Assembly: GCA_038064875.1 (NCBI GenBank)
Contig: JBBTSC010000001.1
Span: 571,004-635,003 of the forward strand
Direction: 5' to 3'
DNA: 64,000 nt
Source: Patescibacteria group bacterium
GTDB lineage: Bacteria > Patescibacteriota > Saccharimonadia > Saccharimonadales > 2-12-FULL-41-12
The notes beneath the pieces are model-generated. The model was not told the origin of the DNA. It made no database searches and saw nothing but the letters and a program-made list of their open reading frames with translations. Position 1 is the stretch's first letter. Every line of letters starts with the position of its first letter. This document shows positions 56,605 through 64,000 of this stretch, piece after piece. The translations under genes were made by a program, and so were the position numbers.

Positions 56605-57696
56605 ATGCGATTCACAGTATCAATTAAAAAGTTTTCCCAGGCGCTTGGTGTGGTTGCACGTGTTGCTAATTCAAGGGCAAGCCTACCCATTCTCTCAAAT
56701 GTTTTAATCAAAGCAGAAAAAAACAGGGTGTATGTATCAGCAACAAACCTCAATATCGCCAGCCAAATATTTATTGGCTCAAAGGTTGAAAAAGACGGAG
56801 CGGTAACAATCCCAGCAAGATTACTACAAGAATACATTAGCGCACTAGACGGAGACACAGTTGATATTGAGGTAAAAGATAATAAAACAAACATCTCAAC
56901 AGATCTACACAAAACGGTTATAAACGGCGTCGACGCAAGTGAGTTTCCGGAAATGCCAGAAATTAGCAACGAGAGCTCTTGGGAAATTCCATCAACACTT
57001 CTAAAAAAATACTTTAGCGCAACAATTGTTTGCGCAAGCACAGACGATACAAAGCCAATACTCAATAGCGTGTACGTATTTAGTGAAAAAAACCAAACAA
57101 TTTTTGCTGCAACCGATGGGTATAGACTGGCAGAACAGAAAGCCAACAATAAATCTCCACAACCAATAAAACTTATAATCCCATCCAACTCAGTGGCAGA
57201 ACTAATAAGAGTTCTACCAGATGATGAAACAGATGTGATAATAAAAACCAACGAACAACTAGCTGAATTCAACTTTGGCGACACAAAGATAATAACCAGA
57301 CTTATTGACGGTAGCTTCCCTGACTACAAAAACCTTATCCCTAAAGACTTTGTAAATAGCGCAAAACTAGGCAGGCAAGAGCTTGCCAACACAACAAAAC
57401 TTGCTGGGCTTTTTGCCAGAGATACATCAGGCAGTATTAATATCACCACAGATGAAAAAAACCAAACATTAGGCATTAAGACTATCGCCAGCCAAACTGG
57501 GCAAAACGAATCAACCGTTCCAGCAGAGGTTGTTGGCACGTCTGACATAACGATCAATGCAAGATATATAAATGACGCACTTGGACAGATTGGCTCAGAG
57601 CAGGCAGAAATTTCGTTTAACGAAAAACTCCAACCCTGTGTTATTAAAGGAGATGACCCGAACTATCTCCAGGTTATAATGCCCCTCAAGTCGTAG
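56605..57696 (+). CDS. dnaN: DNA polymerase III beta sliding clamp
   Basis: MRFTVSIKKFSQALGVVARVANSRASLPILSNVLI, ATDGYRLA, and a three-domain length. Confidence 0.95.
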   Translation: MRFTVSIKKFSQALGVVARVANSRASLPILSNVLIKAEKNRVYVSATNLNIASQIFIGSKVEKDGAVTIPARLLQEYISALDGDTVDIEVKDNKTNISTDLHKTVINGVDASEFPEMPEISNESSWEIPSTLLKKYFSATIVCASTDDTKPILNSVYVFSEKNQTIFAATDGYRLAEQKANNKSPQPIKLIIPSNSVAELIRVLPDDETDVIIKTNEQLAEFNFGDTKIITRLIDGSFPDYKNLIPKDFVNSAKLGRQELANTTKLAGLFARDTSGSINITTDEKNQTLGIKTIASQTGQNESTVPAEVVGTSDITINARYINDALGQIGSEQAEISFNEKLQPCVIKGDDPNYLQVIMPLKS

Positions 57697-57725
57697 TAGA
57701 CGGGCCAAGGCGTTATAATATAAAC

Positions 57726-58742
57726 ATGACAATAACGAACTTAAGGTTGGTAAATTTTCGCTGTTTTGACGACCAAGCTTTTGATTTTAGTGAAAATATA
57801 AATATCATTATCGGCCCAAATGCCATAGGAAAAACAAGTCTCATCGAGGCAATTTATATAGTCAATAATGGCAAAAGTTTTAGGCAAGACGATAATATTA
57901 TCCAAGAAAACAAGACCTGGGCACGAATAGACACCCACCTCTCAAACAACAAATACCAAACAGTCAAAATTAATGGCGGCGATAAACTATATGAAACAGA
58001 CCTATCAGAAGAAGAATCTCGCCATACCAGCATATTGTTCGAGCCCAACGAGCTTTTTTTGTTTTATCAAAACCCGGGTGATCGAAGAACATATATCGAT
58101 AAGAGAATAGCCAGCCAAGACATAGGATATGAGAAAACCCTCAATGATTACAAAAAAATACTTTTTCAGCGAAACAACCTTCTTAAAAACAAACGAAGCC
58201 TCAAAGAAACAATTTTTGTTTGGGATGTCCGGCTAGCAGAAACAGCAAAAACCATTGTCGAAAAAAGAGAAAACTACATTAAAAAAATAGACGAGAGTTT
58301 AACAGATACCTATCGCCAAATCTCAGCACAAAAAGAAACGATCAATATAGACTATACAAGCAATGTGCCCCTAGGAGATAACTATACCTCAAATTTACTC
58401 AAAGCGCTGACAAACAATATAGATAAAGATATGCAACTAGGACACACAAGCTATGGTCCACATAGAGATGACATTGTCTTCACTATTTCTGGCAAAGGGT
58501 TAAAACATACTGCGTCTAGGGGGGAGATTAGAAGCATAATGCTAGCGATGAAAAAAATTGAAGCTGAGGGACATAAAACAAAACCAGTTATTTTACTCGA
58601 CGATGTATTTAGTGAGCTTGATAGCAAAAGGCGACAAAAAATAGTAAAACTTTTTAAAGACTACCAAGTATTCATAACAACCACAGAGGCAGATCTGGTC
58701 ATTAACAAACTTCGTATCGCCCACAAAACAATAGTCTTTTAA
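57726..58742 (+). CDS. recF: DNA replication/repair protein RecF
   Basis: L.L.NFR.F start, Walker A GPNAIGKTSLIEAI, signature SRGEIRSIMLAMK, Walker B ILLDDVFSELD. Confidence 0.9.
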   Translation: MTITNLRLVNFRCFDDQAFDFSENINIIIGPNAIGKTSLIEAIYIVNNGKSFRQDDNIIQENKTWARIDTHLSNNKYQTVKINGGDKLYETDLSEEESRHTSILFEPNELFLFYQNPGDRRTYIDKRIASQDIGYEKTLNDYKKILFQRNNLLKNKRSLKETIFVWDVRLAETAKTIVEKRENYIKKIDESLTDTYRQISAQKETINIDYTSNVPLGDNYTSNLLKALTNNIDKDMQLGHTSYGPHRDDIVFTISGKGLKHTASRGEIRSIMLAMKKIEAEGHKTKPVILLDDVFSELDSKRRQKIVKLFKDYQVFITTTEADLVINKLRIAHKTIVF

Positions 58743-58750
58743 AGTATTAT

Positions 58751-60292
58751 CTATTCTAAAACGTTAGATATTGAGTATTTACTGCGGTCAATTCCAGAAG
58801 AAGAAATCAAGGAATTGATCTTGTCTGTACTCTCTTTTAGTTTCTCAGGATTATAGCGCTGAATATTGAGTGCAGGATCATAGACAAATTCATTAAGGCT
58901 TGGAGATATGAAAACATCTTTTTTGTATACAGATATGTCCTTTATGCTTTCATCGCTCAGAAGCTTTGCAATTTTTTTGTCGATACTGTCGTCGTTGGTT
59001 TTTGAAGGATCAATTAAGAGAGCCGAAGTTCCAGCCTTTTCACTGATAGTACATACTACATATTTATCACCCGCAATCGTAAAACCACAGTAGCCACCAC
59101 CTTCAGCAAAGGAGTAGTATAGCGAACCATTTAAGCTGGTTTGATCAAGGACAACTAATCCTTTGTCAGTTACGATATTAATCTTGCCGTTGCTGGCTAC
59201 AACCTTTTCTGCACCAGGGAAAGACACAACAAGTTTTGCCTTGTTCCCACTAACCTCGTATATATCAAGTATGTGATTATTTATAAGACAAATTCGATTT
59301 TCTCCACAAATAACGCCCGAGGTATAGACTTTATTGAGTTTTACAGCCTGTTTGCTTTTCAAAAATACAAATTCACTTTCTCCCTTCAGAACTTCTTGTC
59401 GTTTTTCCTTAGAATCTCCGGATAGACCAAGATCTGCCCCCTCCTCGGAGCTGTTAAAAAGACCCCCAAACTCATCACCAAATATAGAGAATTCCACCGG
59501 GTTGCTATATGCCAACGAAGATTTTATTTGTCCAATTTCAGACCCATCTTCATCCAAGGGGCTAAAGAATTTAATATTCGAAAAATCCTTACTATAAACA
59601 ATATAACCATCTTTATATGCAACAGCATGTGGGCTTGTTTTGCTATCGATACCTTGCAGATCAAGTCTGCTGTCAAACGAAAGTGATTGATCAATGTTGT
59701 ATAACTCAACACCACTGCTGCCACTGTGGCCGTCAGGGTCAACAACAAAAGCCCTTGGTTTTCCTTGAACAGTAATAATGTCTCTCAGATTGAGATATGG
59801 TGGTTCGGCTTCAGAGACGACGCTTGTCGGGGTGTCAGCGTTAGCGGGTTGATGTGCTTTAAGCCCACCCGGCTCACTACAATCAAAAGAATATAGAAGA
59901 TCTTGGCTATAATTCATGCAAAAACCTGGCTCATCGCCAACAAACTCACGTGATTTTTCAGGCTCAATACTCAATTCCACAGATGAAGTCTTTAGCCAGC
60001 CACCGACTTTAACGAGTTTTATAGAACTACTCTCACCCGACTGCACGGCAACGAAATAAGCACCCTTTTTTAGTCGTTTTTTTGTTTGCGTAGCCTCTGA
60101 CTCAATTTCTGAGGAAGAGCTGTTGCCAGAGAATGAATAGGTGTAAATACTGTTACTATTTGAGCCATTTTCTACCTTTACATCTACCGATCCTGTGTTC
60201 GCAAACCAAATTAGCGAGTAGATAATACCTATGAGTAGTGACAGAGCTACGACTGTAGTGATAATTCTGCGTCTCAACATCAGTTTGTACAT
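58751..60292 (-). CDS. hypothetical N-terminally anchored extracytoplasmic protein
   Basis: TM helix IITTVVALSLLIGIIYSLIWF, then a beta-rich domain of about 480 aa. It is the last gene of the overlapping lytic operon. Confidence 0.5.
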   Translation of the reverse strand: MYKLMLRRRIITTVVALSLLIGIIYSLIWFANTGSVDVKVENGSNSNSIYTYSFSGNSSSSEIESEATQTKKRLKKGAYFVAVQSGESSSIKLVKVGGWLKTSSVELSIEPEKSREFVGDEPGFCMNYSQDLLYSFDCSEPGGLKAHQPANADTPTSVVSEAEPPYLNLRDIITVQGKPRAFVVDPDGHSGSSGVELYNIDQSLSFDSRLDLQGIDSKTSPHAVAYKDGYIVYSKDFSNIKFFSPLDEDGSEIGQIKSSLAYSNPVEFSIFGDEFGGLFNSSEEGADLGLSGDSKEKRQEVLKGESEFVFLKSKQAVKLNKVYTSGVICGENRICLINNHILDIYEVSGNKAKLVVSFPGAEKVVASNGKINIVTDKGLVVLDQTSLNGSLYYSFAEGGGYCGFTIAGDKYVVCTISEKAGTSALLIDPSKTNDDSIDKKIAKLLSDESIKDISVYKKDVFISPSLNEFVYDPALNIQRYNPEKLKESTDKINSLISSSGIDRSKYSISNVLE

Positions 60293-62010
60293 CCTGACCC
60301 AGATAAGGATTTTATGCTTGGCACTGGCTTACCTTCGCCAATGGCTTTGAGTAATTCTTGTGGGCATTTCTTTGCCCCTTTATATTCCAAATCAAAGTGT
60401 AAGTGAGCACCAAAACTATGCCCTGTATTGTCAGACAGCATCAACAATTGTCCAGCCACAACATTCTCCCCAACCTTTACTTTTACGCTCCCAGGAGTAC
60501 CATGGAAATACCCATACAGTATATCACCGTCTTTCACGAAGACGCTTGTGCCTGCTCCTCCACCATAGCCACTGTTAGTCATAGACGCGACGGTTCCTTT
60601 CCCTACAGCAAAAATTTTGGTGCCTGAAGGAACCGGGATGTCGGCAGCTGGGTAATCATGATGAGGCTTAGTGAACCAATCTTTGTTGCTGGTAAAGAAT
60701 CGTTTAGGAACCGGCAAGCTGAATTCTCCGTTAGTCTCATTACCCTCTTCTGCATTGGCGCAATTACCATCTCCAGAAACCGCGTCTGATGTCCCAGCAA
60801 CCCCACCACCATTTGACCCAAAATCAGTCAACGCCTGTTTGGCGTGTCTTAGACGCTCAGGGACACTGGCTGATTGATCGGCAGGTCTTTCAAACCCAGG
60901 GTGTTTTCCACCTGCTTGTGTGTCGCCCTGAAAGGCCAAAACAGCCTCTCTTATATCTGTAGTTTTCTTTAGGTCATCGCCCGCTGCTTTTTCGGGCAGA
61001 GGTCCTTTACCCGCAAGCTGATTAGCTAGAAATCTCAACTGCACCTCAATGTTGTTTGGATTTTTCTTGGCTTCCCTTGTAGGGTTAATGAATTTTGAGC
61101 CAGGTGTCCATTGCACAATGCCCCAACCTATATCTCCTGAGACCTGAGAAGCCGGAGTTTTTTTACCAGGAGGAGTCCCCTGCAGTCGTTGTGGTTCGAC
61201 CCCAGATTCAACCATCATATTGCCAATAATCGCAGCAGCCTGAAAGGGCTTATATCCGATAGACACAAAAAAATTGTAGGCTTTTTCTCTATCGTTTGCT
61301 CCAGAAATAGACCCGGTTGTATACCCGCTTGCCGGGCAACACTGGGCTGCGGAGTCGCTATCTTCAGAAGAATCAACTTCCGCAGAACCATTAACCGGAG
61401 TTACAGGAGTTGAATTTGCGACACCTCTAATTTTTACTTTTGTATTCCCATAAGGCAGGTCTAATAGGTCGGCGGTTTGTCTCCAGACATCAATATCTGA
61501 TGCCCCGGCTGGTCCGTTATCAACCACTTTTGCAACAATAGACTTATCTTTATATGTAACCTCAATTTTGGTGCCATACGGCAGACTTCCTAGAGCGGAA
61601 TTACCATGCATTTCAGCCAGAGCGGTTTGACCCTTCAAGGCCTTATCGGCTTCGTCTACTGGCCCTCCTTCGATCCCACCCAAGTATTCTACGTAGTTAC
61701 CGTCTTTATCCTTGGCGCCGTTCGTTCCATACACAGTCGCCTGAGCATCTCTGCCTGCCTCTGGGATGTTGCCAACTCTCTTATACGTTCTCCCTTCAGT
61801 TGAAGTCGTTCCGCTGGCTTCTTCGCTTTCCACCGCTGAAGCACTGCTACAAACATCGATATCGTAGTAGTAAATGCCGGAGTCGTAGATTTGTTTCTGT
61901 TTTTCGGAAAGGCCAAAAACAGGCCTTACGTCTACGCCAAGCATCACAACAATTAACAAAATAGCAAAGCAGGACTGAATCAATTTGAAATAAGCGCTAT
62001 TCTTTAACAC
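60280..62010 (-). CDS. three-module peptidoglycan hydrolase (RlpA/3D-like DPBB + phage-tail-lysozyme-like + M23 peptidase)
   Basis: DPBB-like YGTKIEVTYKDKSIVAKVVDNGPAGASDIDVW. Lysozyme-like FQAAAIIGNMMVESGVEP...GWGIVQWT. M23 motifs HHDYPAADI and GHSFGAHLHFDL. It has an N-terminal TM helix or signal sequence. Confidence 0.75.
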   Translation of the reverse strand: MLKNSAYFKLIQSCFAILLIVVMLGVDVRPVFGLSEKQKQIYDSGIYYYDIDVCSSASAVESEEASGTTSTEGRTYKRVGNIPEAGRDAQATVYGTNGAKDKDGNYVEYLGGIEGGPVDEADKALKGQTALAEMHGNSALGSLPYGTKIEVTYKDKSIVAKVVDNGPAGASDIDVWRQTADLLDLPYGNTKVKIRGVANSTPVTPVNGSAEVDSSEDSDSAAQCCPASGYTTGSISGANDREKAYNFFVSIGYKPFQAAAIIGNMMVESGVEPQRLQGTPPGKKTPASQVSGDIGWGIVQWTPGSKFINPTREAKKNPNNIEVQLRFLANQLAGKGPLPEKAAGDDLKKTTDIREAVLAFQGDTQAGGKHPGFERPADQSASVPERLRHAKQALTDFGSNGGGVAGTSDAVSGDGNCANAEEGNETNGEFSLPVPKRFFTSNKDWFTKPHHDYPAADIPVPSGTKIFAVGKGTVASMTNSGYGGGAGTSVFVKDGDILYGYFHGTPGSVKVKVGENVVAGQLLMLSDNTGHSFGAHLHFDLEYKGAKKCPQELLKAIGEGKPVPSIKSLSGSGCTN

Positions 62011-64000
62011 GTTTTATAACCTCGTTGAAATAATAATTATCGATATCATCCTTGCCCCCAGCACCTGGACACTTATTATATTCTAAGTGAGCGTGTATGC
62101 CTTCAACATCTCCACAACTGACAGCCCCTTCAACCTTTATATCGTACTTTTTCATCAAATACTTAACTGTCTTTACAACTGCCTCAAATTTCTCCGGATA
62201 CTTTTCAATCCCATCTTTACCAAACTCTTTTGGCCCGCCTTCAATCTCTATACCGATAGTCGTTTTGTTGGCGCCAATGGCGTGGTAGGTCAAATCATTC
62301 AAATTCCTTGTGAGCTGATAGACTTCACCCTGAGATGTAATTCCCAGTTGCACAGAACAACCGCCAGACCCACAGCTCGGATTGCTCTCCAAGGCATCGA
62401 CTAACGGACGGATCCCCTTGCCATACTGTGAACCCCACCAGTGCAAGGTGATGCCTTTAACAGGAGAAACTTTACCCCCAGGTGTGTGCATGGAAGAATC
62501 AAGCTTTTTTATTTCAAAACCAGCATCATCTGCACTGTCTCCAGTTGACTCAGCTTGCGCACTTTGACTGCCTGATATCTCTTGGCAGGCTTCATCATTG
62601 CCCTCGTAACAAGCATTAGCGAGCAGTGTATTAAATGTCAGTACATAAAATCTAAACTGTAGATAAGCTTCACTTTTATCTGTACATTCAGCACTTTTTG
62701 TATCTTTGATTGTAGGATCTTCAGATTCAATAGAAGTTATATCATAACTCGACGGATCAATTGTTGCCCCGAAACATTTCTTCCCTCGATCAACATAATC
62801 AGGATGAGCTGGCATGATATTTTTAACCACATCTTCAGCATTCTGGAAAGGGTTTTGGAGTTTTTTGTTGGCGAGCTCCGCATTAGTAAAACCAATGTCA
62901 TCTACTGGGTAAGGGTATGTATTCTCAGCTGCATAAGCTCTTGTGAAGAATAGGTTTGAAAAGAGTGCACCAGGCTGGCTTAGTACACTTGCTAGACCTT
63001 CACTTGAGACATTGGAGGAATTAATGAGGCTACCAAAAACAGACTTCGTGTCATATATGTTAAAGACTCTGTTGGCAAATCCTGTAGCCCTAAAGTCTTC
63101 CATTTCTGCTTCCTCTACAGACTTGAAGTTGTCCGCAGTTTCACTGCTACTAAGTTCTCTGCCTCCATTTGACGCCCCCATTGCCCGTGAAGCCAACCGA
63201 CCACCAAAGTTTGAAGCGTTCCCTCGATCCCCCCCAATCGGTATTGGATTTTGGGGATTACCAGTCAACCAGTCAACTAGCTGATTTTGGATAATAGGTC
63301 CAGCTACTATACCTGCCACGGTTCCGACAACAGCACTAATCACCCCACCGCTCGCCACACCAATAATTGTCGTGGCTACCATGCCTGCCGTACTGCACGA
63401 GGCGTTAGCAACGCTACCAACAGCGCCTTCATTGATGAAATCGAAAGGTGATCCTTGACCCATCTTCTTCATTGTGTCAGTAGGCTCAGTGCCACCTGAT
63501 GACCCAGTGTGGGCTTTATTTGTTGCAGCTCCAGCGTAACTAGATTTTTTACCACTTGAGTCAATCCCCCTCAGCTGTTTTTTATAGTAGCCAACCTGGA
63601 CCATATCAATATCGTCACCTGATTTGAGTTGTGAACCAATACTAATCATTGAACCAAAAATTCGGATAAGGGGCATCTTAATTTTCTTTTCAGTCGTGGT
63701 CGCAGATGAGTCTGCCAAAGTTTTTACCATACAGATCACACCAACAGCGCTTGCTCCACCGACTGCCACTTTTGCGCCCGTGCTCCCCGCAAATTTTTCA
63801 AGATTACTTTGTCTTTCACTTTCCGCCCCTTCTGCGATTTCTTCTGCGTCTCGGGCCAGCTCAAGAGCAGTATCTACAGCATTATCAGCCGATGATTTGT
63901 TTGCTTCGTTCTCTTCCGGAGTTTTATCTGGGTCATCTTTGGCTCCATTATTTGCCGAGGGCTCTACTTGTTCTCCGTTGACGACATAATTTTTCTCCTT
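61997..64000 (-). CDS. large membrane protein with C-terminal amidase_2-type peptidoglycan amidase (N-terminus beyond window)
   Basis: The C-terminus has ITLHWWG, YHAIGANKTTIGIEIEG and GIHAHLEYNKCPG (His/His/Cys Zn-site pattern). There is a Gly-rich TM block, VATTIIGVASGGVISAVVGTVAGIVAGPI. My translation shows the frame stays open for all 77 codons from 63770 to 64000 (KEKNYVVNGEQVEPS...), so the track's GTG 63769 is not the true start. Confidence 0.7.
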   Translation of the reverse strand, partial: KEKNYVVNGEQVEPSANNGAKDDPDKTPEENEANKSSADNAVDTALELARDAEEIAEGAESERQSNLEKFAGSTGAKVAVGGASAVGVICMVKTLADSSATTTEKKIKMPLIRIFGSMISIGSQLKSGDDIDMVQVGYYKKQLRGIDSSGKKSSYAGAATNKAHTGSSGGTEPTDTMKKMGQGSPFDFINEGAVGSVANASCSTAGMVATTIIGVASGGVISAVVGTVAGIVAGPIIQNQLVDWLTGNPQNPIPIGGDRGNASNFGGRLASRAMGASNGGRELSSSETADNFKSVEEAEMEDFRATGFANRVFNIYDTKSVFGSLINSSNVSSEGLASVLSQPGALFSNLFFTRAYAAENTYPYPVDDIGFTNAELANKKLQNPFQNAEDVVKNIMPAHPDYVDRGKKCFGATIDPSSYDITSIESEDPTIKDTKSAECTDKSEAYLQFRFYVLTFNTLLANACYEGNDEACQEISGSQSAQAESTGDSADDAGFEIKKLDSSMHTPGGKVSPVKGITLHWWGSQYGKGIRPLVDALESNPSCGSGGCSVQLGITSQGEVYQLTRNLNDLTYHAIGANKTTIGIEIEGGPKEFGKDGIEKYPEKFEAVVKTVKYLMKKYDIKVEGAVSCGDVEGIHAHLEYNKCPGAGGKDDIDNYYFNEVIKRVKE

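Noticed and set aside
63624-63989. Two plus-strand ORFs (121 and 91 aa) at the right edge
   Set aside because: They are antisense shadows of the minus-strand amidase-containing gene, whose frame I translated as open all the way to 64000. Their Ser/Ala/Leu-rich composition is typical of the reverse frame of an acidic protein.

Overview
The window is a compact, gene-dense chromosomal segment of a small, streamlined, monoderm-type bacterium. My guess is Patescibacteria/Saccharibacteria-like, based on content only: short YidC plus Jag, type IV pilin genes, many peptidoglycan hydrolases and very short intergenic spacers. UGA is a stop codon (for example the rfbD stop inside the ATGA overlap with rfbA), so the standard code applies. 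The main blocks are as follows. (1) 0.4-9.3 kb holds mixed housekeeping and envelope genes: a DsbA-like oxidoreductase, a clavaminate-synthase-like dioxygenase, a Kef-type antiporter, nadD, uppP, a GtrA protein and a LexA-type wHTH protein. (2) 9.4-23.4 kb and 32.2-49 kb together form one very large ABC-transporter-dependent cell-surface glycopolymer locus. It includes an initiating phosphoglycosyl transferase, glmS, galU, PMM/PGM, manC, rfbBCDA, gmd plus an rmd-like reductase, a DegT aminotransferase with a PglD-like acetyltransferase, wzm/wzt, at least five glycosyltransferases and a Wzy_C-type membrane protein. A two-subunit ATP-citrate lyase is embedded in it. (3) 23.4-31.5 kb, inside that locus, is an island of three giant secreted proteins: a beta-helix/FG-GAP-like protein, a protein of about twelve repeat modules, and an amidase_2 with tandem C-terminal domains. 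(4) 49-52.8 kb is a type IV minor-pilin operon. (5) 52.8-58.7 kb is the replication origin region, jag-yidC-rnpA-rpmH | dnaA-dnaN-recF, with DnaA boxes on both sides of dnaA. (6) 58.7-64 kb is an operon of overlapping genes encoding multi-domain cell-wall lytic proteins, and it runs off the window. No rRNA, tRNA, CRISPR array, transposase or integrase was seen. The observations most worth follow-up are these. A cobalamin-riboswitch-like leader precedes an orphan Zn-ribbon protein/nadD operon. A bona fide ACL pair sits in a sugar-nucleotide context. A poly(A)8 frameshift interrupts one of two paralogous 4-Cys anchored proteins. A recurrent -10 box lies 6-8 nt from the ATG at many operon heads, suggesting leaderless mRNAs. 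A 14-bp perfect inverted repeat brackets the uppP leader. All functional calls come from reading the translated ORFs and recognising family motifs by eye; no database search was possible.
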